DNA from: an uncultured Pelagibacteraceae bacterium
Lineage (GTDB): Bacteria > Pseudomonadota > Alphaproteobacteria > Pelagibacterales > Pelagibacteraceae
DNA: 64,000 bases
Assembly (NCBI GenBank): GCA_902576565.1
Contig: CACGVK010000001.1
Coordinates: 305 to 64,304 of the forward strand
Direction of reading: 5' to 3'
Position 1 is the stretch's first letter. Every line of letters begins with the position of its first letter. Made by a program: the position numbers and the translations under genes. A model generated the notes under the pieces. That model searched no databases. It was not told the origin of the DNA and was given only the letters and a program-made list of their open reading frames with translations. Below, piece by piece: positions 1 through 10,048 of this stretch.

Positions 1-2
1 AA

Positions 3-293
3 AATTTATTAATGGTAGTAAATAAAATTAGAAGTTTTGACAAAAGATTTAAGGGAGACTTTAGTCTTAGTAAAAATAAGTTAAATAAATCTAATATAAA
101 TGAATATATCTATACTGGTTGTCAAATAATAAATAAAAATTTATTTAAAGATATAAAAGATTTATCGTTTTCAATATCAAAAGTGTGGAAGATTCTTCTT
201 GATAAAAATTTATTATATGGTGTAGAAAGTGAACAAGAGTTCATTCATCTTACAGATTTGGAGATTTATAATGATTTATCAAAAAACAATTAA
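3..293 (+). CDS. Nucleotidyltransferase family protein (MurU-like), C-terminal part; 5' end outside window
   Basis: Frame is open from the window start. C-terminal motifs YIYTGCQII, FSISKVW and FIHLTDLE are typical of the alphaproteobacterial NTP-transferase tail. Confidence 0.7.
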   Translation, partial: NLLMVVNKIRSFDKRFKGDFSLSKNKLNKSNINEYIYTGCQIINKNLFKDIKDLSFSISKVWKILLDKNLLYGVESEQEFIHLTDLEIYNDLSKNN

Positions 294-998
294 ATTGTTT
301 GCTCTTTCTTTATCTAAATAATTACAATTTTTTATTTTAGTATTACCATCAAATTCTATAAATAATGGATTTCCAGTTGGAATCTCTAATTTTGATATTT
401 CATCATCTTTTAAATTAAATAAATATTTACAGATTGCTCTTATTGAATTTCCATGTGCTGACACAAGTATATTGTTTCCCTTTATTAACTTACTTAATAT
501 TTCTTTTTTAAAATATGGAAAAACTCTTTCGTAAGTATCTTTAAGAGACTCAGTGTCAGGTATATTTTGATTTGGTATATTTTTATATGTTTCAATATTT
601 AAAGGATGATAAGGATTATTTTTATTTAATGGATCAGGTGCAATGTTCCAAGATCTCCTAAATTCATGTACCTTTTTTTCACCAAGTTGTTTTTTCATTT
701 CATCTTTATTTAGACCCGTTAATGCCCCATAATGTCTTTCATTAAGCTGCCACGCCTTAATAATGTTTATATCTTTTATTCTCATAGTATTCAGAATTAA
801 ACTAAGTGTATTTATTGCTCTTTTTTGATAAGAGGTAAAAAAATAGTCAATTTTTAATTTTTTTTCTTTTATTAGCTCGCCTGATTTACATGCTTCAAGC
901 TTTCCGCGAGGTGCCAAATCTACATCTACCCATCCAGTGAATCTATTTTCTAAATTCCATTCACTTTGACCATGTCTTACTAATATTAAATAACTCAC
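279..998 (-). CDS. gpmA: 2,3-bisphosphoglycerate-dependent phosphoglycerate mutase
   Basis: LVRHGQSEWN, RFTGWVDV, LNERHYG and AHGNSIR motifs. Confidence 0.97.
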   Translation of the reverse strand: MSYLILVRHGQSEWNLENRFTGWVDVDLAPRGKLEACKSGELIKEKKLKIDYFFTSYQKRAINTLSLILNTMRIKDINIIKAWQLNERHYGALTGLNKDEMKKQLGEKKVHEFRRSWNIAPDPLNKNNPYHPLNIETYKNIPNQNIPDTESLKDTYERVFPYFKKEILSKLIKGNNILVSAHGNSIRAICKYLFNLKDDEISKLEIPTGNPLFIEFDGNTKIKNCNYLDKERANNLIVF

Positions 999-1123
999 AT
1001 CATTGATAATACATACATAATTTTATTCCTACAAGAGTATTTAGATTAAAAGTTATTTTTAATAATTTTATTATTGTAATGTTCTAAGCATTAATGTTAA
1101 AGTTATTAAGCATAGGAGATTAA

Positions 1124-1432
1124 ATGAGTACTTTTGATGAAAGAAAAAAAAGTTTTGAAAAAAAATTTGCACATGATGAAGAATTACAATTTAAAGTAAG
1201 TGCTAAAAGAAATAAATATATTGGTCAATGGGTATCTCAAATTTTGGGATATAATTCTGATCAAGAAAAAGAGTATATACAAACAGTCATAAAAGCAGAT
1301 TTTGCTGAAGCTGGCGATCAGGATGTGTTTAGAAAAGTAAAAAAAGACTTAGAAAACCACAATATTCCAGATGATGAAATCAGAAAAAAAATGGATGAGC
1401 TTAATGAAAAAGCTAAATCTGATTTTAAGTAG
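1124..1432 (+). CDS. DUF1476 / F1Fo-ATPase inhibitor zeta subunit
   Basis: N-terminus MSTFDERKKSFEKKFAHDEELQFKVSAKRNK and ADF-EAGD-DVFRK match the zeta family; AGGAG SD upstream. Confidence 0.88.
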   Translation: MSTFDERKKSFEKKFAHDEELQFKVSAKRNKYIGQWVSQILGYNSDQEKEYIQTVIKADFAEAGDQDVFRKVKKDLENHNIPDDEIRKKMDELNEKAKSDFK

Positions 1433-2003
1433 CATCACCATATTATTAATATCTGCCTGTTCGTCTATACCAAAAAATACTGCTGATGGGTGTTCGATAT
1501 TTTCTGAAAGATATCTTTGGTATAAACATGCTAAAAAGACAGAACAAAAATGGGGAACTCCAGTTTATCTTCAGCTTGCATTTATTAAAATGGAGTCAGA
1601 TTTTGATTGGCTTGCAAAACCAAAAAGGAAAAAAATTTTTAAAATAATTCCATACAAAAGACCTTCGAGTTCTTTTGGTTACTCTCAAGCAATAAAAGGA
1701 ACTTGGAAACAGTACAAAAATGAAACCGGAAATAAATTTGCTACAAGAACTAGATTTAAAGATAGTGTTGATTTTATTGGATGGTATACAAATAAAACTG
1801 AGAAGATTCTAAAGATATCAAAAAAAGATACATTTAGACAATATCTTGCTTATCATGAAGGATGGGGTAATTATAAAAATTACAAAAGTAATCAAAAAGT
1901 AATTTTATTAGCAAAAAAGGTTCAAAAACAATCAGAAAAATACAAGAAACAACTTAATAAATGTAGAAAATCTTTAAATAGAAAAAAGTATATTATTTAT
2001 TAG
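1404..2003 (+). CDS. Lipoprotein with transglycosylase SLT-like domain
   Basis: Lipobox LISAC after MKKLN (start placed at 1404). ES-F, SSFGYSQA, WKQY and YLAYHEGWG are lysozyme-like/SLT motifs. Confidence 0.78.
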   Translation: MKKLNLILSSITILLISACSSIPKNTADGCSIFSERYLWYKHAKKTEQKWGTPVYLQLAFIKMESDFDWLAKPKRKKIFKIIPYKRPSSSFGYSQAIKGTWKQYKNETGNKFATRTRFKDSVDFIGWYTNKTEKILKISKKDTFRQYLAYHEGWGNYKNYKSNQKVILLAKKVQKQSEKYKKQLNKCRKSLNRKKYIIY

Positions 2004-5000
2004 CGTAGCTGTTTTTTAAGCTCAATATCAATAGAGTCTATTCTTTTAGTATTTTTTGCAAGAATTAAATACATTGTAGGTGTTACGTAAAGTGTAAAAA
2101 AAGTAGAGATTATCATTCCACCAAGAATAGTTGATCCAACTGCAAGCCTTGATCCTTCACCAGCCCCAGGTCCAATATTTCCAATCACAAGAGGCATCAT
2201 TGCAATCATCGTACTTATAGAAGTCATTATAATGGGTCTAAATCTAAGCTCACAAGCTTCTCTAACGGCATTTTCTATATTTTTTCCTGAAGCTCTAAGT
2301 TGATTTGCATAATCCACTATTAAAATACTATTTTTGGTAGATATACCAATAAGTATAACCAAAGCAATTTGTGAAAATATATTTATAGAGCTATTCAAAA
2401 ATAATATAAAAACTAAACCACCAAATACAGCAAGTGGGACAGTTAAAATAATTATAAATGGATGTACGAAAGAATTGAATGTAGCTGCCATAACCAAGTA
2501 TGCAGTTAAAAGTGCAAGCGCAAATATTATATATAGTTCATTGCTAGTTTCTTTAAGCTCTTCAGATTTACCTTTCCAAGTTATTTGTTTATCGGGAGCA
2601 GCTTTAGTCATTGTTTCTTCTAAATATTTAATTGCTTCAGATAATGTATAGTTTTCACTTATATTAGCTGAAATAGTTACAGCTCTTTGTCTATTATATC
2701 TCGATAATTTATTTGCGGATCCTTCTTCTTTGAAATCAACTAAATTTGCTAGAGAAATTAAATTGTTTGTAGTTTCTGATCTTACATAAATTTTACTAAG
2801 GCTCTCTTTGTCTCTTCTATCTTTAAGGTATTGTTGAAGAATGATTGGGTATTCTTTTCCAAGCTTATTAAATTTTGTAACTGTTTTGCCTCCATATAAA
2901 GTTTCCAAGGCTTGACCAATAGATCTTGTAGAAACACCTAAATCTTTTGCCTTATTTTTATTTATAATTAACTTTACCTCAGGTTTATTTCTTGTGTAGT
3001 CTGATTCTATTCTAGATAAATTTTTATTTTGATACATCATTCCAATTATTCTAGATTGAAGTATTTCTAATTCCTCATAAGTATTTCCATATATAACCAT
3101 CTGTACTGGCTTGTTGTAATTTGAAACCCGAATTGCTTGTGGAGATATTGGGAACGCTAAAGTTTGAGGGACAGTAACTATTTTTCCAATAGCTTTTCTC
3201 ATAATTGCTTGTGAATTTTCATTTCTATTTTTCCAGTGGTCCAATAAAGAGATTATTAAAAAGCTGTTCTCTGAACCAAAGCCAGGAACAATCATTAAAA
3301 ATTTCTTATATGGGCTTTCTGCATCTTCTAAAAGTGGAATAAGTCTTTTTTCAACGTCTTCTGCCCTATCTTGAGTATATTGGAATGAGCTACCTTCGTC
3401 TGTAAATCCAATAACTAAGTATGCACCCCTATCCTCCATTGGAAGTAGTTCTTTTTTTGTAAAATTATACAACAATGCTGATCCAATAATCATAAAAATT
3501 ACAAAACCAACTATAGTTTTTTTTTTATTCAGCCAATATTGAAGTGTATCATTATAAAAATTTAAAAACCCTTTAAAAAATTTATTAAACTTGATAACTA
3601 AAAAATTAGTTTTCTGCTTTTTATTTAAAAACTTACTACCAAGCATTGGTGAAAGTGTTAAAGCAACAAATGATGAAACAACAATTGCAAATGAAAGAGC
3701 TATTGCAGTTTCTCTAAACAAAGTTCCAGCAATACCTTGAATAAAAATAAGTGGTAAAAAAACTGCAACTAAAATTAAGGTTGTGGCTATAATAGCAAAT
3801 GTTATCTGTTTTGATCCCTTGTAAGCTGCTAGTAAAGGACTTTCACCATTTTCTATTCGTCTATAAATAGCATCGGTCATTATAACTGAGTCATCCGTAA
3901 TTATTCCAATTGCTAAAATAAAACTCAGTAAAACAAAAATATTAATTGATAAATCAAATATATATATCCCCAAAAATGTTGCAATTAAGCTTACTGGTAA
4001 TGCAACAGCTGGAACTATCACAGCTTTTAGATTTCCAAGAAACAAATAAATAATTACAACTACCAAAATAAAAGCAATTACAAGAGTTTTGTACACTTCG
4101 TTAATTGCTGATCCTATATATGTTGCTCTGTTAAACGCAATTTCAAGATTTAGACCTTCAGGAAGATTTTTTCTTACCTCTTTAATTTTCTTTTTAATAT
4201 CTTTCGATAACTCAACTGTTGACGCTCCACTTCTAGCATAAATTCCTATTCCAACAGTTTTAAGATTTAATGCATCCTTGCTTTGTGTTCTAAATAAAGC
4301 CTTTTCTGAAACTGGACCAAATTCAACATTAGCAATATCTGATAATTTCACTAAATTGTTTTTATTTTTTTTTACTGGTAGCTGCTTGAGTTTTTCAAGA
4401 TCATTATAAGATTTATTTAAATTTATTGTTAAATCTATATTATTTGACTCCAAGGTTCCTGCTGGCAAACTAACATTTTCATTTCTAAAGGCTTGTTCAA
4501 CTTCTTGGACAGTCAGATCGTTGGCTGCTAATTTAATTGGATCAATCCAAACTCTAACACTTAATTCTCTAAGTCCACCTACTCTTAATCTACCTACATT
4601 TTTTACACTAGAAAACTGATCTACCAAATATCTATCAGCATAATCCCCAAGCTCTAAATCACTCCATGTTGAAGATGATAACGCAAGCCACATTGTTGTT
4701 GTAAAACCAGCTGCTTGTTTAAGTATTTGTGGAGGTTTTGACTCTGACGGTAAATTATCAACAATTCTTGCAACTCTTTCTCTTATATCATTTGCGGCGT
4801 CATCTAAATCTATCTCGGTATCGAATTCAATATTAATTGTACTTTTTCCATTTTCAGATTTAGCATCAATATTTTTTATACCTTCCGCACCACCTATCAC
4901 TTCCTCAATTACTTGTGTAACTTCTTCATCGACTATAGGTGCTGAGGCTGATTTGTAATCTACTTTTACCTGAACCACAGGAGGCTGAAGTCCAGATGGC

Positions 5001-5110
5001 AACTCTCTAACAGGTAATTTTGAAAAAACAAATATTCCAAATATTACAAGAATTAATGATAATACCCAAGCTACAACCGGTCTTCTTATGCTAATATCAG
5101 TTAAGTACAT
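2000..5110 (-). CDS. RND efflux transporter permease (AcrB/MdtB family)
   Basis: 1036 aa, starting ISIRRPV. Proton-relay motifs GIITDDS, KNSILIVD and RFRPIIMTS are intact. Confidence 0.95.
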   Translation of the reverse strand: MYLTDISIRRPVVAWVLSLILVIFGIFVFSKLPVRELPSGLQPPVVQVKVDYKSASAPIVDEEVTQVIEEVIGGAEGIKNIDAKSENGKSTINIEFDTEIDLDDAANDIRERVARIVDNLPSESKPPQILKQAAGFTTTMWLALSSSTWSDLELGDYADRYLVDQFSSVKNVGRLRVGGLRELSVRVWIDPIKLAANDLTVQEVEQAFRNENVSLPAGTLESNNIDLTINLNKSYNDLEKLKQLPVKKNKNNLVKLSDIANVEFGPVSEKALFRTQSKDALNLKTVGIGIYARSGASTVELSKDIKKKIKEVRKNLPEGLNLEIAFNRATYIGSAINEVYKTLVIAFILVVVIIYLFLGNLKAVIVPAVALPVSLIATFLGIYIFDLSINIFVLLSFILAIGIITDDSVIMTDAIYRRIENGESPLLAAYKGSKQITFAIIATTLILVAVFLPLIFIQGIAGTLFRETAIALSFAIVVSSFVALTLSPMLGSKFLNKKQKTNFLVIKFNKFFKGFLNFYNDTLQYWLNKKKTIVGFVIFMIIGSALLYNFTKKELLPMEDRGAYLVIGFTDEGSSFQYTQDRAEDVEKRLIPLLEDAESPYKKFLMIVPGFGSENSFLIISLLDHWKNRNENSQAIMRKAIGKIVTVPQTLAFPISPQAIRVSNYNKPVQMVIYGNTYEELEILQSRIIGMMYQNKNLSRIESDYTRNKPEVKLIINKNKAKDLGVSTRSIGQALETLYGGKTVTKFNKLGKEYPIILQQYLKDRRDKESLSKIYVRSETTNNLISLANLVDFKEEGSANKLSRYNRQRAVTISANISENYTLSEAIKYLEETMTKAAPDKQITWKGKSEELKETSNELYIIFALALLTAYLVMAATFNSFVHPFIIILTVPLAVFGGLVFILFLNSSINIFSQIALVILIGISTKNSILIVDYANQLRASGKNIENAVREACELRFRPIIMTSISTMIAMMPLVIGNIGPGAGEGSRLAVGSTILGGMIISTFFTLYVTPTMYLILAKNTKRIDSIDIELKKQLR

Positions 5111-5125
5111 TATTATATAATTTTA

Positions 5126-6034
5126 TTAGCTCTTTTTTTTCCACTCAGACTCATTATTTTGTGAGCCTTTTTCAATAGGTTTAATTTTTCCTCTAGGTCT
5201 AACTTTTTTTAATCCCTCGGCTACTATTGTATCCCCGATTTTAAGCCCTGATAAAACTTCAACATATCCCTCATTTCTTGATCCGATAGTAATTTCTAAT
5301 TTATTAGCTATATTTTCTTTTGTCACTTTATATACATATGATTTATTCCCTTCTAACATTATGCTCGTATCAGGAATACTTAAGGATTTTCTTTTATCAA
5401 AATTAACAATAACTTCTAATAGAGAACCAGGAATTAATTCAAAATTTTCGTTATTAATTTTAATTCTTGTTAACAAACTTCTAGTATCAGCATTTATTCT
5501 ACTTGAGACTGCATCCACAGTTCCTTGATAAGATCTATCCTTATATCCCGCAAATTTAGCGTTGATAGAAAGACCTTTTTTTATTACCGATGCAAATGTT
5601 TCAGGGATTTTTATGTCTGAGTATATTATTGAACTATCGTCTAATGTAATAATTATTGAATTTTCAGATCCCAGGATATCTTCAGTCAATCCTCTATAGC
5701 CGAGAATACCACTGAATGGAGCAACAATATTTTTATCTTTTAGCTTAACAATTACATCACCTTTTTTAACATATTCTTTTAAATTTAAATCAGAAACTAA
5801 GTTATTCTTTTTGATTCTAAATGATTCAGTTTTTTTAGAAACTGCTGTTCCAAAACTTTCAATTTTCTCAAAAAATTCTTTTTCAGCAACTTTGGTAACA
5901 ATAATACCTGGCGGAGGTCTTTTGCCATATTTTTTTGCAAAATGTGCTCCGATCATTGTTCTTGCGATAATGACACCAGCGATTATCAAAAAGAAGACTA
6001 TAATAATTGTAGTAATTTTTGTTGATCTTTTCAT
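5126..6034 (-). CDS. RND periplasmic adaptor (MFP) subunit
   Basis: N-terminal TM anchor; VKKGD and APFSG lipoyl halves; TRS..LIPGSL and GLKIGDTIV motifs; directly upstream of the RND permease. Confidence 0.9.
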   Translation of the reverse strand: MKRSTKITTIIIVFFLIIAGVIIARTMIGAHFAKKYGKRPPPGIIVTKVAEKEFFEKIESFGTAVSKKTESFRIKKNNLVSDLNLKEYVKKGDVIVKLKDKNIVAPFSGILGYRGLTEDILGSENSIIITLDDSSIIYSDIKIPETFASVIKKGLSINAKFAGYKDRSYQGTVDAVSSRINADTRSLLTRIKINNENFELIPGSLLEVIVNFDKRKSLSIPDTSIMLEGNKSYVYKVTKENIANKLEITIGSRNEGYVEVLSGLKIGDTIVAEGLKKVRPRGKIKPIEKGSQNNESEWKKKS

Positions 6035-6036
6035 TT

Positions 6037-6855
6037 TTATTTTAACCTACCATACTCTGCCCATGAACCATCATAAATTATAGGCAAATATTTATCATTA
6101 ATTATAGAATAAGCCAGACCCAAAACTGCTGCAGTTATTCCAGAACCACAAGAAAAAACTACATTATTTTGATTTTTAATTCCAATATTTTCAAACTTTT
6201 CCTTTATAACATTGTTATCCAAAAAAGTTTTTTCTTCTGCATTTATTACTTCAGCAAAAGGTAAGCAGAGAGAGTTTTGAATTGATCCACTTCTTAAGTT
6301 CTCTCTAGGTTCTTTTTCTAATCCTAAAAATCTTCTTTTATTTCTAGCATCCACTACTTTAAATTTATTTGTAAGTATATTTTCGTCAATTTCATATTTT
6401 GACTTTACTAAATCCGGTATTTTTTTTACTTTGTAATTTTTTTTAATACTTACAGTTTTATCATTTGTAGTTTTTCTTTTCTCTCTTTTCCATTTTGATA
6501 AACCACCATTTAAAACTGAAACTAAATTAGGTTCGTGACCAAAAAAAATAAATGTATACCAACATCTGCAAGAGCTAATTACATCAGAATTATCGTAAAT
6601 TATAATTCTATCTTGATTTGAAATGCCTAAATTTGCAACAATCTCTGCCCATTCTTCCTCAGCTGGTAGCATATGAGGTATATCAGTATTTTTCTTTGAG
6701 AACCTATCAATATCAAAAAATATTGAATTTCTTATATGCTCATTTGTATATTCTTCTAATGCATTTCTTTTTGTATTTGGCATATGCCATGTTGCATCAA
6801 GGATTTTAACTTTGTTTAAATTTTTCTCTAACCAACTAGTTGATACTAATGACAT
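6037..6855 (-). CDS. sseA: 3-mercaptopyruvate sulfurtransferase / rhodanese
   Basis: LVSTSWL, PHMLP, CGSGITA active loop and YDGSWAEY. Confidence 0.92.
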   Translation of the reverse strand: MSLVSTSWLEKNLNKVKILDATWHMPNTKRNALEEYTNEHIRNSIFFDIDRFSKKNTDIPHMLPAEEEWAEIVANLGISNQDRIIIYDNSDVISSCRCWYTFIFFGHEPNLVSVLNGGLSKWKREKRKTTNDKTVSIKKNYKVKKIPDLVKSKYEIDENILTNKFKVVDARNKRRFLGLEKEPRENLRSGSIQNSLCLPFAEVINAEEKTFLDNNVIKEKFENIGIKNQNNVVFSCGSGITAAVLGLAYSIINDKYLPIIYDGSWAEYGRLK

Positions 6856-6856
6856 T

Positions 6857-7300
6857 CTACCTTTTTTCTAAATACTTTTGATGATATTCCTCTGCTAAAG
6901 AGTAATTCTTTATTTTAGAAATTTTTGTTACAACTTTGCCTGAAAATTTTTTTTTAAATTTATCTAAAATTGTTTCTGCAATTTTTTTTTGATTATCATT
7001 TGAATAAAAAATTTCACTTCTGTATTGTGTTCCAATATCAGGACCTTGAGAATTTAATGTAGTAGGATCATGAATTTCGAAAAAAAAATCTAAAATTTCA
7101 CTATATGATATTTGACTAGGATCAAACTCTAACTTAACTACTTCAGCATGATTTGTATTTCCAGTACAAACTTCTTCATAAGAAGTTTTTTCTGTATGAC
7201 CCCCACAATAACCAACTTCAGTTTTTAAGACGCCTTTAAGTTTACTAAATTTTATTTCAGGACCCCAAAAACATCCACATGCTAAAATTGCTATTTCCAT
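6857..7300 (-). CDS. msrA: Peptide-methionine (S)-S-oxide reductase
   Basis: GCFWG, GYCGG, HDPT..QGPDIGTQYRS and AEEYHQKY. Confidence 0.96.
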   Translation of the reverse strand: MEIAILACGCFWGPEIKFSKLKGVLKTEVGYCGGHTEKTSYEEVCTGNTNHAEVVKLEFDPSQISYSEILDFFFEIHDPTTLNSQGPDIGTQYRSEIFYSNDNQKKIAETILDKFKKKFSGKVVTKISKIKNYSLAEEYHQKYLEKR

Positions 7301-7334
7301 TGATTAAAATTTTATTTACAATAAAGTTAATATC

Positions 7335-8216
7335 ATGCTTTCTAAAAATCAATTGGGCTTTTTGTACATGTTTTTGTCTATTTGTGCATTTTCTGTAATG
7401 GACTTAATTGTTAAATGGTCTGATAATTATCCTATTGGGGAGGTTTTGTTTTTCAGAGGTTTTTGCGGTGTAATTCCACTACTTTTTTTGATCCCTAAAG
7501 AAAAATATTCTAGCTTTTATAAAACTAAAAAACCTTTTTTACATTTTAAAAGATGTTTATCTGGTTTAATTGCTATCGTTGCAATTTTTATCGCATTAAG
7601 AAAACTTCCTTTAGCAACAGTTACCAGTATATCTTTTGCAGCACCAATTTTTACAACATTACTTTCAATTTTTTTATTAAGTGAAAAAGTAGGATTTTAT
7701 AGATGGCTAGCAGTCCTAGTTGGGTTTATTGGAATATTAATTATTTCAGAACCTGGTTTTAACTCAATGAATATTTATTATATATATCCAATTATTTTTT
7801 GTTTGGGATTATCTTATGTAGCAATAACAATTAAGCAATTATCATCCACCGAACCAGTTTGGTTAATTAGTTTTTATTTTTCTATTTCTATAATGATAAT
7901 GAGTTTTTTTACTATTCCAAGTGGCTGGGTTCTTCCGAACATAATCGACTTATTGCTATTATCTTTATTAGGCCTTTTAGGAGGACTTGCCAATTTATGG
8001 CTTACACAATCATATAAATTTTCCGATGTTTCATTAGTTACTCCATTGAAATATTTGGGATTAATATTTGCTATATTTTTTGGATATATTTTTTGGTCTG
8101 AAGTACCTAGTACTAAAACATTGATAGGATCAGCACTTGTTATTACCTCTTCAGTAATTATTTTTAGAAGAGAAATTTACCACAAAAAACAAATTATTAT
8201 TCCTCGTCATGAGTAA
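7335..8216 (+). CDS. DMT/EamA family transporter
   Basis: About 10 TM segments in two EamA repeats; LSEKVG..RW.AV.VGF.G motif. Confidence 0.9.
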   Translation: MLSKNQLGFLYMFLSICAFSVMDLIVKWSDNYPIGEVLFFRGFCGVIPLLFLIPKEKYSSFYKTKKPFLHFKRCLSGLIAIVAIFIALRKLPLATVTSISFAAPIFTTLLSIFLLSEKVGFYRWLAVLVGFIGILIISEPGFNSMNIYYIYPIIFCLGLSYVAITIKQLSSTEPVWLISFYFSISIMIMSFFTIPSGWVLPNIIDLLLLSLLGLLGGLANLWLTQSYKFSDVSLVTPLKYLGLIFAIFFGYIFWSEVPSTKTLIGSALVITSSVIIFRREIYHKKQIIIPRHE

Positions 8217-8835
8217 AATACCAAAGTATTGGAATGAAGCAAAAAAAGCTCTTTCTAGAAAAGATCCTGTAATGAGAAAAATTATAAAAAAGTATAAAAA
8301 GGGATTTATGTCATCTAGAAATGATCCATTTTTTTCATTATGTAGAACGATTGTTGGCCAACAAATATCAACTAAGGCTGCAGATTCTATATGGTTAAAA
8401 TTTGAAAAAAAATGTAAAAATAAAATTATCCCAAACAAAGTAATAAAATTATCTACAAAATCTTTAAGAGGTGCTGGATTATCTCGTCAAAAAATAAGTT
8501 ATTTAAAAAATATAGCAAAAAGTTTCAAAAACAAATCATTTAATGTCAGCTCTTTAAAAAAAATGAGAGATGAACAAGCAATTAATTATATTATTCAATT
8601 AAAAGGTCTTGGAGTTTGGAGTGCTCAAATGTTTTTAATGTTTAACTTAAATAGACCAGATATTTATCCAACAAAAGATATAGGATTAATTAGAGCAATA
8701 TCAAAAAATTATAAAAAATCATATCCACCAAGTGAAAGATTTTTGAATAAATTATCAAAATTACACTCAGGATATAGAAGTGTTTTTACCTGGTATATGT
8801 GGAAAAGTATTGATCCTGTAGATGTTGAATATTAG
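8209..8835 (+). CDS. alkA: DNA-3-methyladenine glycosylase II (AlkA/HhH-GPD family)
   Basis: IVGQQIS, GLSRQK, LKGLGVWSA (HhH) and RPDIYPTKD. Confidence 0.88.
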   Translation: MSKIPKYWNEAKKALSRKDPVMRKIIKKYKKGFMSSRNDPFFSLCRTIVGQQISTKAADSIWLKFEKKCKNKIIPNKVIKLSTKSLRGAGLSRQKISYLKNIAKSFKNKSFNVSSLKKMRDEQAINYIIQLKGLGVWSAQMFLMFNLNRPDIYPTKDIGLIRAISKNYKKSYPPSERFLNKLSKLHSGYRSVFTWYMWKSIDPVDVEY

Positions 8836-9119
8836 ACGCCCTCAACTATTTGAATGTGTCTATTAAACTTTCCTTCAGCAAGTTTTTTTGCAGCCTGGTA
8901 TTCACTAGAATGGTAGCATTTTAATGCATCATTAACATTGATAAATTCTATTATTACAGTTCTTGGCGAAGGATTGCCTTCCAAAGTTTCTGCCTTTCCT
9001 CCTCTTACAATAATTTTACCATTATATTTTTTAATAGCAGGTGAAGCTTTTTCAGCATATTTCTTTAAACTTTCATGATCATTTAAATCTTTATAAATAG
9101 CAATCCAGTATGCCTTCAT
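8832..9119 (-). CDS. DUF1330 family protein
   Basis: AYWIA, YNGKIIVRGG..LEG..RTVIIEF..YHSSEYQ and IVEG pattern. Confidence 0.88.
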   Translation of the reverse strand: MKAYWIAIYKDLNDHESLKKYAEKASPAIKKYNGKIIVRGGKAETLEGNPSPRTVIIEFINVNDALKCYHSSEYQAAKKLAEGKFNRHIQIVEGV

Positions 9120-9120
9120 T

Positions 9121-10011
9121 TTAATCTAGCCATTGTAAATACTTTTCCTTATTTTCTTTTAGATATTTTGGTAATTTATTGAAATCGAATTTTTCTAATT
9201 GACTCCCAGTTCCAATTTTATTTACTCTTTTATCAAGGGTTAAATCGTATATTGCCTGTTTATTCTTTATTATTTCATTTATCTGATTAACTGTTAATGG
9301 CTTCTCATCAAATTCCTGATGATGCAAATATGATTTTAACTTATGTTCAATTTCTTTAGCAGATTTAATATTAGAGAAATGCCATCCACCATCATTTATG
9401 AATTTAATACTATTATATTTTGTTTTTGAAAACAGAGTATCAATTCTTAAAAGTGAATATTTTCTGTCTTTAATATTTCTAAGCCATTGAGGATTAATTA
9501 GATCTCTTTTTCTGCATCCTTTGGTTCCAGCCCAAATTTTATTTGGTAATTTTAAGTCAAATTTGTAATAGAACATGTCTTGATTAAACAAAATAATTTT
9601 TTCTTTTATATGACCAAAATCAATATTTGACATTTTGGGTATTTCATCAACATCAGATATAAGGATTATATCTTCACCCGCAGCACTTGTAAGTCCTTGG
9701 TTAATATAATTTCTTTGTCCATTTTCTCTTCTTATAGCATTTCTAATATTCTTTTCGGCTTTAATTTTTTCATCGTCTTTATCACTAATAATCTCAATAT
9801 CTTTTAAAGGTTCATTATACACTTTGTAAATTATTTTTTTTTTAAATTTCTCAAATTTCTTATGATTAAATTTTAATTTTCTTTTATCTCCTTTATGAGT
9901 AAATTCACTTTCAACAATTACGAAATGATCTACATATTTATCAAGACAATGTAGTCTTAAGTCTAGGACGACTTCTTCATCAAAATACATAAAACAATCA
10001 AAAATTTTCAT
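9121..10011 (-). CDS. Glycosyltransferase family 17-like protein
   Basis: IFDCFMYFDE..L.LRL, FVIVES..TH.G, ENGQRN, SDVDEIP and GGWHFS motifs. Confidence 0.82.
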   Translation of the reverse strand: MKIFDCFMYFDEEVVLDLRLHCLDKYVDHFVIVESEFTHKGDKRKLKFNHKKFEKFKKKIIYKVYNEPLKDIEIISDKDDEKIKAEKNIRNAIRRENGQRNYINQGLTSAAGEDIILISDVDEIPKMSNIDFGHIKEKIILFNQDMFYYKFDLKLPNKIWAGTKGCRKRDLINPQWLRNIKDRKYSLLRIDTLFSKTKYNSIKFINDGGWHFSNIKSAKEIEHKLKSYLHHQEFDEKPLTVNQINEIIKNKQAIYDLTLDKRVNKIGTGSQLEKFDFNKLPKYLKENKEKYLQWLD

Positions 10012-10048
10012 AATCTATATATATTTCAGAAAAATTTATTAAACAAAT

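Noticed and set aside
2334-2651. Antisense or alternative-frame ORFs from the track (e.g. 2334-2651, 5811-6083, 17080-17715, 39938-40441, 57018-57359, 58564-58878)
   Set aside because: They lie entirely or almost entirely within well-supported genes and show no recognisable motifs; they are shadow ORFs.
6857-7300. Possible selenocysteine or unusual MsrA (ACGCFWG)
   Set aside because: No in-frame TGA; the extra Cys is a minor variant of the GCFW motif.
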